From: an uncultured virus (IMG/VR IMGVR_UViG_2627853969_000002)
Lineage: Duplodnaviria > Heunggongvirae > Uroviricota > Caudoviricetes
Strand: one strand, 5' to 3'
Length of the DNA stretch: 64,000 nt
IMG/VR virus record: IMGVR_UViG_2627853969_000002
Part shown: in pieces, positions 9,138-18,987 of the stretch
Position numbering within the stretch: position 1 is the first letter of the stretch
Layout: every line of letters starts with the position of its first letter
Notes under the pieces: model-generated
Database searches by the model: none
What the model was told of the DNA's origin: nothing
What the model saw: only the letters and a program-made list of their open reading frames with translations
Made by a program: the position numbers and the translations under genes

Positions 9138-10061
9138 ATGACCCTGAAATTCAGGCATCCGATCACTGTCTATTCGCTGGTACCCGGTGGCGTCTCGCCA
9201 TTGGCCATGACCAGCGCGGTCATCCACCTGCTCGATCGGAACGTCGTCAGCTGGATCGGCCGGGAGCCTCGCGGCGAACCGGACAGCCCGCGCGACGCTG
9301 CCATGCGCTGGTCGCTGAAGTTCCTGGACAAGCCGACCCAGTCGATCAACCCGCTGCTGTGCGCGTTCGAGGGCAACAAGAGCCGGATCCCGACACTAGA
9401 CGAGTTCAAGGAAGAGTACCTGCGCTCCTGCGAGAAGATCGGCACGTACTTCCGCAGCGCCAGGATCGTCCGGCACCGGGACGAGGACTTCCTGCAGGTC
9501 TACCAGAATGTCGTCGACCTGCAGGCGCGACATCGCGCGGAGGTGGACTTCCTGTGCGAGATCGCCCCCGAGATCGCCGAACGACACCAGCGACGCGAAC
9601 TCGTCGCGATCCGGGACCGTATCCTCGACGCGGCACAACGCAGGTGCCTAGGCGACTCGCTTGTGCTCATTGCCAGCCTTTCCTGCTTATACGAGGGTGC
9701 GACCGAGGCAACCGCGTCGGCGGCCAGGGGTGTCATCAAGCCCCAACCGAGGTATGGTCCCATGGCCGCGCACAATGCGGTGTCGGACGTGCGCGCCGTC
9801 GAGATGCTTGCCGCGGGCGCGCCATTGAGACCGGAAACGCTTGGATTGTGCACAGCGGACCGCCGACTTGCGCAATTCTGGGATGCGCTGGGGATCACGT
9901 CCGGCACCTGGAGCGGCAACAACGCATGTACCGTTAGCCATCGGATGTCTTCGCGGCTGTTCCCGATCCTGACCGATGTCCAATGTCGTGAACTGGTAGC
10001 GATACTCGTTGAGTACGGGTTCGCCGATGCTGGCTCACGGCTGGGTTACTACCCGCGATAA
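9138..10061 (+). CDS. hypothetical protein with PIN-like acidic motifs
   Basis: LLDRNVV, HNAVSD and CTADRRL motifs; start codon uncertain. Confidence 0.65.
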   Translation: MTLKFRHPITVYSLVPGGVSPLAMTSAVIHLLDRNVVSWIGREPRGEPDSPRDAAMRWSLKFLDKPTQSINPLLCAFEGNKSRIPTLDEFKEEYLRSCEKIGTYFRSARIVRHRDEDFLQVYQNVVDLQARHRAEVDFLCEIAPEIAERHQRRELVAIRDRILDAAQRRCLGDSLVLIASLSCLYEGATEATASAARGVIKPQPRYGPMAAHNAVSDVRAVEMLAAGAPLRPETLGLCTADRRLAQFWDALGITSGTWSGNNACTVSHRMSSRLFPILTDVQCRELVAILVEYGFADAGSRLGYYPR

Positions 10062-10070
10062 ATCGATCTA

Positions 10071-10884
10071 GGGCGTGTTAACACATACGCAAGCCGTCGA
10101 CAACGAGCACGAAGCTGAGGAACCCAAGAAACATCACGTCCAACTTTTCGAAGCGGGTGAAGATGCGGCGATAGCCCTTCAAGCGACGGAACAGCCTTTC
10201 GACTTCATTCCTGCGCTTGTACATGGCCCGGTCGTATTCCCACGGTTCGACCCGGTTGGACTTTGGCGGCACCACGGGAATAAAACCCAGGTCCAGGGCG
10301 AGCTGCCGCGTTTCATCGCCTTCGTAGGCACGATCCATCAACAGGTGAACCGGTTGACTGACGGGCCCAAGGTGCTCCAGCAACACGCGTCCTGCAGGCG
10401 CATCGTGTGTGTTGCCCGGTGATAGGCCGAACGTTATGGCTGTCCGAGCATCTGCGGCAACCAGATGAACCTTGGTGTTCCATCCCCCACGGGACTTGCC
10501 GATGGATTGCGGACCGTTTTTTTTAGCGCCCCCGTACCATCCGAATGCACCTTGATGCTGGTGGAGTCCAGTGAAACTGCTTCGATCTTGATCCGTATCA
10601 ACTGGGACTTCTGCAATTCGGCGAACACCCGATCCAGCACACCCGCCTTGGCCCAGCGGTTCATTCGGGTGTAAATGGTGTGCCAATTACCGAAGCGCTT
10701 GGGCAATCCCCGCCATTTGCAACCGTGCTCAGCGACATACAGGATCGCATTGAGTACCTGAAAGTTGGTGATGCTGACATTGCCACGTTGCACCGGAAGA
10801 CAATGCTCAATTATCGTGAATTGCTCGCGCGTGATTTCCATCAGCCCTAGTCTATACGATCACAGCACTAGTGTTAACACACCC
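10071..10884 (-). mobile_element. IS5 family (IS427-like), 814 bp
   Basis: IRs GGGCGTGTTAACAC / GTGTTAACACACCC, flanked by TA on both sides. Confidence 0.9.
10078..10841 (-). CDS. IS5 transposase, orfA/orfB joined by frameshift
   Basis: orfA GCKWRGLP..FGNWHTIY; orfB DRAYE...RNEVERLF; A8 run at 10517-10524 on the minus strand. Confidence 0.9.
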
Positions 10885-10981
10885 TAATCTAATCTTCCTA
10901 AGTTTCCTTATCGCGTGCTTCATGCGCCGCTAGATCTAGAAAAGTGGACAGGCAGTCGATGCAAGAATGCGTAGAGATCAA

Positions 10982-13678
10982 CTAACGCACGGGCTTAAGT
11001 CCCTTTCGAGCCGCGAGGAGGTCGACGTCCTTGGAATTCACCTTGCGCTGAAGATTCTTCAACACCTTGCGCTGGGTTTCTGGCGTCCAGAAGATCCGCA
11101 AATGGCGCCGCGCACGTGTGACAGCAGTATAGAAGATACTGTGTGTCAAGTCGTCTTCGTTTGCGTCGGTCACCACGACCTTCACCGAGTCGTACTCTAA
11201 ACCTTGGGCCTTATGAATCGAGACCGCATAGGCAACCTGGAAGGGCACAACGTTGTGCGGCTTCTCGTCATCTTCGTCACTGGTATCATGGTTGGTCACG
11301 AAAAACCGCACGGTTGAATCGGCGACCCACTCCAGCTCGGTCCCCGCGACGTCGTGGGAGTCTAGCGGACGCTCCACTTGCACGTCGAAGCGTAGCGATT
11401 CTAGACCTTGCTGTATTGCTACGATACGTCCCTTGAGATTGTTGTACAAGATCGGACGAAAGCGTCCAGACTCGTTGAACAGAACTGGGTCACCCACCTT
11501 GTAGGTAGCCTCACGCCAGATCACTGCAGGATTCAGGTTTCCGCCTTGGAGGAAGCGATTGACGTTATTAATTCCGTATAGACCGTCATAATTCAGGCAA
11601 AGGATGATCTCATCATCGCTCGCACGCTCGAACAGGCTCTCGTCAAAAACGCTCGAATAGCCATTCCTGGCAATCACCTCATCGATGTCATCTTCGTTGT
11701 TCCGGATCTTATGCCAGAAGCTCAGCAGCGCCTTACTCTTCGCCCGGAATGGCGTGGTCAGCTCGAAGATCGCGCTCTTAGGCAGGAATTCACGGATGAT
11801 TGAAAACCAGTTGCCAAACTGAATAGACTCGATCTGATAGACGTCACCTACCAGCACTAGCAGCTTGAAAGATGTCTTCCTGAGCACATTCAGCAGATCT
11901 GTATTGCTTACGGTGCTGCACTCATCGATGACCAACAGGTCGTACTCGATATCCGGAGTGGTTCGGCGGATGTGTTTGCTGATCGTTCGAAACGTCGCGT
12001 GCTGGGCATTGACCTTGCGATCAAGGTTATCGATAGCTGGATTGGTATGGGCTAGGAAAAGTTTAGTCTTGTCGTTGAAGTAGTTGGCGATATGGTCAAC
12101 CATGGTCGACTTACCAGTGCCCGCAGCGCCATAGATCAAGGAGACCCTGGAATCGGCAAACAAGCGCTCGAGTGCATCCTTCTTGACCGGGTCATCGACG
12201 TGAGCGGGCGACTGCTGCAGCCACCCCGCCACTGCTTGACTGTAACCGGCTATGCCATCGAGTGCGATCGCTTGCAACTCTGAAACGATGGCAGCCGTCT
12301 CATCCTCGTAGCCGCGAATAAACACGTGGCCTTTGTCCTGCTCGAGTGTCCGATGCCCATGACTGTAGTAGAGGTTGCTGTTAAACACATCAATGAGTGC
12401 AGCGGTATCGCCAAAGTGGTTCAGTTCTTTGGCCGGGGTATAGAGCATTCCGTGCTGTTCGACATTGATGTGCAGTCGACGCGCCAGCATCTCGTGCGGC
12501 CGATCACCGTTCTCTAAGGCTTCGATAAGATCAGCGAAGCGTGGGTTGTGATCGCGAAGCGACGTGCAAAACGGCATGGTCTCAAAAGGGATGCAGCCGA
12601 AACTTGCTCTCAGGTTCGATAGTAGCCAGCACGGCTCTGTCGAGTACTGCGCCCGGATCACCGAATTTTTCAGACGCAGCATCAAATATCGTAGGAGATT
12701 GTGGCCGGCCAGCCGTGCGCGGACAATGCGACGAGCTTCGTCTAGAATCGGATAGATGGCGAGGCGGGTATCAACAGATTTTGGAACGAAGCGAGTGGCT
12801 TGATAGGCATTCTCATCCATGTCCATCAAGTCAAGTAGGTTTCCTGCTGTGTTCGTTAGCCACTGGTTGAGATGACGGAACTCGGCCGAGTTGCCCAACA
12901 CCTCGCTTCGAATGCCCAGCATCTTCCCGAGGTTGGCCAGTTCGCAGGGGCGAATGGATATGTCCCATGAACGGATAAGCGTGATGGGCATCGTCTGGTT
13001 GAGTACGCTGATCGCGTCGCGTTGCAGTACCAAATAAGCGGAGTAGTTATCAGTCAGGTCGATGTCAGTGAACGCAATGATGCGATCAAACTTGCTCACC
13101 CGGTCCACTGCTCGGGAGAAGGTCACCTCGTAGTAGACGCTCCACTCGACGAAGAAGGGGCGGACCTTGTGTATGTAATACCGCGCACCGTGTTCGCGGT
13201 CCATGCGCGTACCGCTAGCTGCCTGGATGCGCTGGGCGATCTTCTGGTGGTACTCCCGCAACGAGGGATCCAAGTCGACAGGAAACGACTCCAAGTTATC
13301 CAGTACGTCCATCGCGCAGGTGACCCTTACCAGGCTTCGCAAACGATACATGTACTCGTAGTACTTGAGCATCAGCCGCTCAGAGGCATCCCCATCGAAT
13401 GTGTAATGCGAGCTACTGGCCCGGAGTAAGCGATGGAAGTCGGCAAGGAATTTTAGCTGCCCCTGACTGCGGATGTACTCCAGCGCTGGCTTGATCGCAT
13501 CAAAACTGAACTCTGCGTCATTAGCGCCTTGATGAAGGCGCACCATGACACCTTCGATCAAGTTGCGCAGCTGCGCCAGTACATTTTGAGACAACAACTG
13601 GCGTTGCTCGCTCAACGCACCAATGTTTTTGCAAATTGCTGTACTAGCGCTTCCTATTTGCTCTTCAACCGTTGCCAT
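10982..13678 (-). CDS. SF1 (RecD-like) helicase with long N-terminal extension
   Basis: GAAGTGKST, VIDECS, LVGDVYQ, SIHKAQGLEYD, YTAVTRAR. Confidence 0.9.
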   Translation of the reverse strand: MATVEEQIGSASTAICKNIGALSEQRQLLSQNVLAQLRNLIEGVMVRLHQGANDAEFSFDAIKPALEYIRSQGQLKFLADFHRLLRASSSHYTFDGDASERLMLKYYEYMYRLRSLVRVTCAMDVLDNLESFPVDLDPSLREYHQKIAQRIQAASGTRMDREHGARYYIHKVRPFFVEWSVYYEVTFSRAVDRVSKFDRIIAFTDIDLTDNYSAYLVLQRDAISVLNQTMPITLIRSWDISIRPCELANLGKMLGIRSEVLGNSAEFRHLNQWLTNTAGNLLDLMDMDENAYQATRFVPKSVDTRLAIYPILDEARRIVRARLAGHNLLRYLMLRLKNSVIRAQYSTEPCWLLSNLRASFGCIPFETMPFCTSLRDHNPRFADLIEALENGDRPHEMLARRLHINVEQHGMLYTPAKELNHFGDTAALIDVFNSNLYYSHGHRTLEQDKGHVFIRGYEDETAAIVSELQAIALDGIAGYSQAVAGWLQQSPAHVDDPVKKDALERLFADSRVSLIYGAAGTGKSTMVDHIANYFNDKTKLFLAHTNPAIDNLDRKVNAQHATFRTISKHIRRTTPDIEYDLLVIDECSTVSNTDLLNVLRKTSFKLLVLVGDVYQIESIQFGNWFSIIREFLPKSAIFELTTPFRAKSKALLSFWHKIRNNEDDIDEVIARNGYSSVFDESLFERASDDEIILCLNYDGLYGINNVNRFLQGGNLNPAVIWREATYKVGDPVLFNESGRFRPILYNNLKGRIVAIQQGLESLRFDVQVERPLDSHDVAGTELEWVADSTVRFFVTNHDTSDEDDEKPHNVVPFQVAYAVSIHKAQGLEYDSVKVVVTDANEDDLTHSIFYTAVTRARRHLRIFWTPETQRKVLKNLQRKVNSKDVDLLAARKGLKPVR

Positions 13679-13747
13679 TTACGGCCCTCGAAATATACAC
13701 GGCAAAATCCATCCGAAACTGCTACAATATAATCCAAACTCACATTC

Positions 13748-13821
13748 TGAACCGCCCCGGCTTTGATGCCCACTTGAAGTTCGTCCAACTTAAGGGGGCA
13801 GTTCAATCCCGGGGCGGTTCA
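13748..13821. mobile_element. 74-bp miniature IS3-family (IS51-group-like) remnant
   Basis: Perfect 13-bp IRs TGAACCGCCCCGG / CCGGGGCGGTTCA with no transposase. Confidence 0.7.
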
Positions 13822-14003
13822 CGCTATTTTAATTGACAGCGGTTATCGCACAAAACCTTGGTGCAATTCTTCGGAAAAAACACTCAGAATAGTCAAACCT
13901 GGCTCGTGATCGCCCCTGCTTACACAGCAGGCATCACTAAACCAACAGGCTGACCGTAGACCCGATCCTATCGCAATCATCAAGCGATTGCAGTGCCATC
14001 GTT

Positions 14004-14321
14004 TCAGCCTTCACCCTCATGGCGTTGTACATAGAAATCTGCCGCCGCCTCGATCAAGTAGGTATAGCGCTTCACCATCCCCTGCCAGGCAAGCGCCTCC
14101 ACTTGGTGTTCGGCGTGGATATCCTCCGGCACCTCGCTGACCTCATCGATCAATTTTGGGACTTCGTGATTCCACCAACGCAGCATCAGGTCTGGCCGCT
14201 GATGCGTGCGAATCAGCGACTCCACCAACGACTGCATCGCCGCAAATTGCCGCACCATGCGGATGCGCTGGCCTTCTAGGAAGTGCGTGCGCTCCTGTTG
14301 CTCGGCCAGCGCCTCTTCCAA
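14004..14321 (-). CDS. hypothetical protein
   Basis: ORF downstream of virD4 on the same strand; start uncertain. Confidence 0.5.
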   Translation of the reverse strand: MEEALAEQQERTHFLEGQRIRMVRQFAAMQSLVESLIRTHQRPDLMLRWWNHEVPKLIDEVSEVPEDIHAEHQVEALAWQGMVKRYTYLIEAAADFYVQRHEGEG

Positions 14322-14375
14322 GGCATCCAGCCGCTGACTGAGGTCAGCAGGCCCTCGACCGAAAATCTCATGCGA

Positions 14376-16070
14376 TTACGCTCCGCCCAGCGCGAGCCGG
14401 GGCACACTCGGCGCCGGCAGCAACAGCTTTTTGAAGTAGCTGTCCTTGTAGTAAAAAATCTTGTTCGCTAGGATCGGATAGCCAATCCCCTCAATGAACA
14501 CGATGGCTTTGTCCGGCGCCAGCCCCTTCACCTCATCCGGATTCATCAGCGGACGCCGATCCAGCACCTCGGTATAGCTGTGGCTGTTGCCTTGACCGTA
14601 GGATTGCGTGCGCTGCCGACGACGCACCGTGGTCTCGCCCAGCATCTTCGAATATTCCTCGGCATCGCGTTGCTCTCGCGGAGTGAACACGATCCGCACG
14701 CCGAGATTGGTGATCAAGCCGCGCGCTGTGTCGGCGCCATAGACCGATTCCAACTGCGCAATCGACTGGATCACGATCACGATACGGATGCCATAGCCGG
14801 CCACCCACCCCACAGCCACCGGGACGATCTCCACCCGGCCCAGCGCCGTGAACTCATCGAGCATGAACATGCACTGGTATTTCAGTTCTGGGTTGTGCTC
14901 GGGCAACTCGCGGCCATTGAGTTTGATCGCCTGCTCAAAGAACAGGTTCAACACGCCTTTGGCTTCGATCAGCTTGGCCGGGCTGACGCCCACGTAGATG
15001 GACTGGATGGTCTTGCGCAACTTGCCCAGGTCGAAATCGTTGTCGCTGGTGGCTGCGTCCACAATCGGGTTGCTGAAAATGTTCAGCGGTGCTAGCGCCG
15101 TTTCGATGGCGGAGGTGAACGTCTCAGGAGCCAGGCCGACCAGGTTGTTCAGACCGGTCCGCGCATGCGTGCCGAGCGTGGGCTGGCTGAGTAGCTCGCC
15201 CAGGTAGTGCTGCATCGACTGACCGGGTTTGAGGTGTGCGCCGGCGAGCAGCCGATAGACGCCCCCAAGTGTGGGCAAGCCCGTTTCAAATCCAGTCTCC
15301 TTCTTGGAAACATAATCGTCAAACAGGCATTCGCAGGCAGCCACAAAGGTCTTGCGGCCCATTGCCGGCCAGAACGGATTCTCGCCGCTCATCTCCTTGT
15401 ACAGCGTGGCGGCGATGGCAACGATGTCGCCGTTACGATGGTTCGGGTCCAGGCGCACATAGCCCAGCGGATTCCAACGGTGCGTACTACCGTCGTCGCT
15501 AAACGGATCGAACAGATACACCTGGCCGTATTTGGCGCGCTGGCCAGCGGTTTTTTCCCATGCCTCGCGCTTGACGTCCAGGATCACCGCCGACTCCAGC
15601 CATGCCAGCAAATTCGGAATGACCACGCTCACGCCCTTGCCGCCACGGGTACTGGCCGCCAACAACAAGTGCTTGGACTGGATGCGGATGAAGCGGCGAC
15701 CGAAGCGGCAGGCAATCAATCCACGCGGATCGTCCTTCAGCACATCGTGCCGGGACAGATCGCCGCTACGCGCCCAGCGCGCATTGCCATACAACTCCCG
15801 CGCCTTCGTCCGCAGCATGGCATACACCATGATGAGGTAGAGCATGACAGGCAAGCCGAAGCCGCAGATACCCGACAGCTTGATTTTCATGGCATACGGA
15901 TGCCACGCGGGTTGATCGACCACCTGCCAATAGCGCCAATAGGTCAGTAGTTGGACCTGTGCGTGTTCTCCGAGCAGAGTCAGCACCAAAAAGCCAGACA
16001 GATACAGCCCAGCGATGGCAACGGGTAGCAACGCGATGACAGCGGTAATGGCTTTGGTACGCGAATTCAT
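14376..16070 (-). CDS. virD4: type IV coupling protein (VirD4/TraG)
   Basis: Two N-terminal TM segments, YGNARWA, ASTRGGKGVSVVIPNLL, LDEFTALG, QSIAQLESVYG. Confidence 0.93.
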   Translation of the reverse strand: MNSRTKAITAVIALLPVAIAGLYLSGFLVLTLLGEHAQVQLLTYWRYWQVVDQPAWHPYAMKIKLSGICGFGLPVMLYLIMVYAMLRTKARELYGNARWARSGDLSRHDVLKDDPRGLIACRFGRRFIRIQSKHLLLAASTRGGKGVSVVIPNLLAWLESAVILDVKREAWEKTAGQRAKYGQVYLFDPFSDDGSTHRWNPLGYVRLDPNHRNGDIVAIAATLYKEMSGENPFWPAMGRKTFVAACECLFDDYVSKKETGFETGLPTLGGVYRLLAGAHLKPGQSMQHYLGELLSQPTLGTHARTGLNNLVGLAPETFTSAIETALAPLNIFSNPIVDAATSDNDFDLGKLRKTIQSIYVGVSPAKLIEAKGVLNLFFEQAIKLNGRELPEHNPELKYQCMFMLDEFTALGRVEIVPVAVGWVAGYGIRIVIVIQSIAQLESVYGADTARGLITNLGVRIVFTPREQRDAEEYSKMLGETTVRRRQRTQSYGQGNSHSYTEVLDRRPLMNPDEVKGLAPDKAIVFIEGIGYPILANKIFYYKDSYFKKLLLPAPSVPRLALGGA

Positions 16071-16173
16071 CGGGGGACTCTTCCTTGGGGAATCGGTAGA
16101 AATCGGGTGTGAGAAATGCGGCTTGGCGCATGCTCGTCCATGCGGTGTTGCCTGTATAGCCTACGATTGCCGC

Positions 16174-18987
16174 TTACAGCTTCATGACCATGCCCTGCCC
16201 TTGCATCTGCGCCGCGCGCTGGGCCTGCATCGCCTGCTCGGCGAGCCGCTGCTGTTCCACGCTCTGCAATTGCTGGCTGGCCTGGGCCACGTCCGGCGCT
16301 TGCGTCAGTTGCGGTGCATTGACCTGCGCCCATAGCTGTCCGTGGGATTTCGCCAGGTAATTCGGCGTCTGAGTCGTATGACCTTGCGGCAGGCCCAGGT
16401 AGATCTTGTCAACTTCGGTATGGCCAAACTTGCGCGTCTCCACGACGACTTGTGCCGCATGGCGGTCCAACTGCTCCGCATCCGGCACGGGACGACCCCA
16501 GCGTTCATGCGCATCGGCGATGGCATCGCGCGCCTGTTCGAACAGCGCATGGCTCGGATGCGCCGGATGGCGCATATCCTCGGGGGTGATCGCCACGGGG
16601 GCGATGGCGCGGCTTGGCGGCGCCGGTGCATGGGTCGCTTCGCGTGCCCGCCAGGTGGCGGCATGCTGCTCGGGCGATTGCGCTAACGCCTGCTGCGGAT
16701 CGATCCGCAGCACCTTGCTTTTCTCGTACACCGAGAAGGGATTTTCGTAGGCCAGCAATTGGCCTTCGTGTTGTTTGAAGCCCTTGATGCTGTGTTCGAA
16801 ATTCTTATCGATGCCCAGGGTATTGGTGAACGCGGCAGCCAGTCGTTCCTGCTGCTCCGGGCCGTAGGGTAATTTGTCACCATTCCTGGGCACGTCGTGG
16901 GACTGCGCGAGGGCGTCCTTGAACAGGGTATAGCGTGGGTGGAGCGGGTGGTCCGGGTGACGGAAGTCTTGGAGATGCTCATCCGAACGCGGTGTGCGCG
17001 TCGGCGGGGTGTACAACATCGCCTCGCCCGCTTGGCGCTGTTCGTGTTGATGCGACCGGGTGTCTTGGCTGTGGCGCTGTTCGTGTTCGCGTTGCTGCGC
17101 ATCCATGGTTTGACGGTGCAACTGGGCATGTTGCTGCGCGAGGCGGTGTTGCTGCTCGCGCGCTGCCTGCGCTTGCTGTTCCTGCTGCTGCAGTTGCGCA
17201 ATGCGGGCCTGTTCCTGCATGTCCACGCTGGCCGGTTTTTCGTGGACCGGGGCGCTGTGAGCGGGTGGCGGCTGTGTCTGCCGGTGTGCTTGCGCCAAGT
17301 GCGCCGCCTGCTGCTGCGCCTGCTGGATGTGTTCCTGGCGCTGCTGGATGGCGTGGTCCTCCTGCAGGCCCGTGTGCCTGTCCATGGCCGGCGGCGGTGT
17401 GGACGCGGCAGCGGATGAGGATGAAGAAGAGGAAGACGTGTCCGCGTTCGTCGCTGTGGGAGGGATGGACGCGGCTGGTACGCTGTGCTGGAACAACTGA
17501 CCCGGATGCGTCAGCGTGTCGTAGGCTTGCCCGGCTGCGTGCTCGACCACGTCGATGCCGGGCGAGACGATGTATTTGATCCCGTCGTATGTTTGCCCAG
17601 CGGCCTGTCCGGCGGATGAATGTGCGGCGGCCTGCGCGCCATGATAGAGATCGACCGCCTGATTCACGACGTTGGCCCCTGCCGCCTGGACATCAGGGTC
17701 GTGGATGACCCGCTGCGCCGCGTCGGCAACATAGTGCGCACTCTGTTCGACGGCGTGCTTGGCCGACTCGAATTGATCGCCGACGAAGTGGCCCAAACCA
17801 TCGGCAGCGCGCCCGTGCAAGTGCGCCGCTAAGCTTGCCGCCTGACCGACCAGCGGTGCCATGGGACTCAAGGCAAGGCCAGCCACACCCGCACGCTGTG
17901 CATCCGAGGCCATGCGCTCGTCCATGTCGTGTACCGCATGGCCCAACGTGCGCGCGGCATCGCCGGTATCGTGCAGACTGCGTGCTGCACTCTGCACATG
18001 CGCGTTATGTTCGATGGCATCGCGCAGCGACGAGTCCCAGTTCAACGCCAGGTATTCGTTCACCTGCCGCTGGATATCCGCTGGCAGGTGGGTTTGGTCA
18101 GGGTGCGCGCGGAGTTGGCGCAGCGCCTGGGACAATTCGGCACGTTCGTGAGCAACCTCCCAGGTGAAATGCTCGAAGGCACTCTGGTGGTCCGTGTAGC
18201 GTTGCGACGCTTCGCTGAAACGCTGCGGGGCCAGGACGTTGTCCGGACTTTGGCTGCCGAAGTGCTGGGCAGCGCCGTGGTCCCCCCATCGCGTTGCTAT
18301 CAGCACATTCGGAGGCGGTGCGCCGACGGGCGCATCCAGATACCGGCCAGCGCGCAGACTCTGCACATCGTCATGACTGGCCAACGACACCATGCTGCCG
18401 ACGTGAGGACTGGCCGCGCTCACCAGATCGTTGGCCATGCGGTAATTGGTGACTTGGCAGCCAGGCTGCGGGGTTCCATCGGTCAGCCCCCTGGCGCCGT
18501 AGGCGTTGTAGGTGGAACCGGCCAGGCCGTATTTGGCCGCCTCGATCTGCGCCAGCGCGCCGCCGAGGGAGTGGCCGGCGACGGTCACGTGGTCTTTGGG
18601 GATACCTCGTGCAGCGGCCTTGGCGAGCATCTGTGCGGTGAACGCATCGGCGGCGGCTTTTTGCGGATTGACGGCGTCGCGCACCATCGTGGCATCGACG
18701 GCGATGTCCTGGAGGGTGGTGAGCGCATGACCCGCTTTTTCCGCCTTTGTCTCGCCGGTAAATAAATCCGTGTCGGTGCCACGGTAGGCGATGATGATGC
18801 GGTGTGGTACTTCCACGCTTCGATACGCTGTTGCGTGGAAACCGGTTATAGGATCGTTCGCGTAGCCGAAGACGGTATAGTCTGTACCTTCTAGAGGTAT
18901 GTGTTTGGGACTGTCGATGTCGCTCAGCGAACGGTTGAAATAAGAATCAATAGCCGCATCGGCGCGTGCTTGATCAGTAGGCTTCAT
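16174..18987 (-). CDS. lipase/phospholipase T4SS effector with two XVIPCD-like C-terminal domains
   Basis: IAYRGT and GHSLGG lipase motifs; HPDHPLH and HPAHPSHALFEQ starts of XVIPCD-like domains; Gln-rich tail. Confidence 0.85.
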   Translation of the reverse strand: MKPTDQARADAAIDSYFNRSLSDIDSPKHIPLEGTDYTVFGYANDPITGFHATAYRSVEVPHRIIIAYRGTDTDLFTGETKAEKAGHALTTLQDIAVDATMVRDAVNPQKAAADAFTAQMLAKAAARGIPKDHVTVAGHSLGGALAQIEAAKYGLAGSTYNAYGARGLTDGTPQPGCQVTNYRMANDLVSAASPHVGSMVSLASHDDVQSLRAGRYLDAPVGAPPPNVLIATRWGDHGAAQHFGSQSPDNVLAPQRFSEASQRYTDHQSAFEHFTWEVAHERAELSQALRQLRAHPDQTHLPADIQRQVNEYLALNWDSSLRDAIEHNAHVQSAARSLHDTGDAARTLGHAVHDMDERMASDAQRAGVAGLALSPMAPLVGQAASLAAHLHGRAADGLGHFVGDQFESAKHAVEQSAHYVADAAQRVIHDPDVQAAGANVVNQAVDLYHGAQAAAHSSAGQAAGQTYDGIKYIVSPGIDVVEHAAGQAYDTLTHPGQLFQHSVPAASIPPTATNADTSSSSSSSSAAASTPPPAMDRHTGLQEDHAIQQRQEHIQQAQQQAAHLAQAHRQTQPPPAHSAPVHEKPASVDMQEQARIAQLQQQEQQAQAAREQQHRLAQQHAQLHRQTMDAQQREHEQRHSQDTRSHQHEQRQAGEAMLYTPPTRTPRSDEHLQDFRHPDHPLHPRYTLFKDALAQSHDVPRNGDKLPYGPEQQERLAAAFTNTLGIDKNFEHSIKGFKQHEGQLLAYENPFSVYEKSKVLRIDPQQALAQSPEQHAATWRAREATHAPAPPSRAIAPVAITPEDMRHPAHPSHALFEQARDAIADAHERWGRPVPDAEQLDRHAAQVVVETRKFGHTEVDKIYLGLPQGHTTQTPNYLAKSHGQLWAQVNAPQLTQAPDVAQASQQLQSVEQQRLAEQAMQAQRAAQMQGQGMVMKL

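Noticed and set aside
14376..16070. virD4 as proof of an ICE or conjugative element
   Set aside because: No relaxase, oriT or virB genes are visible in the window.
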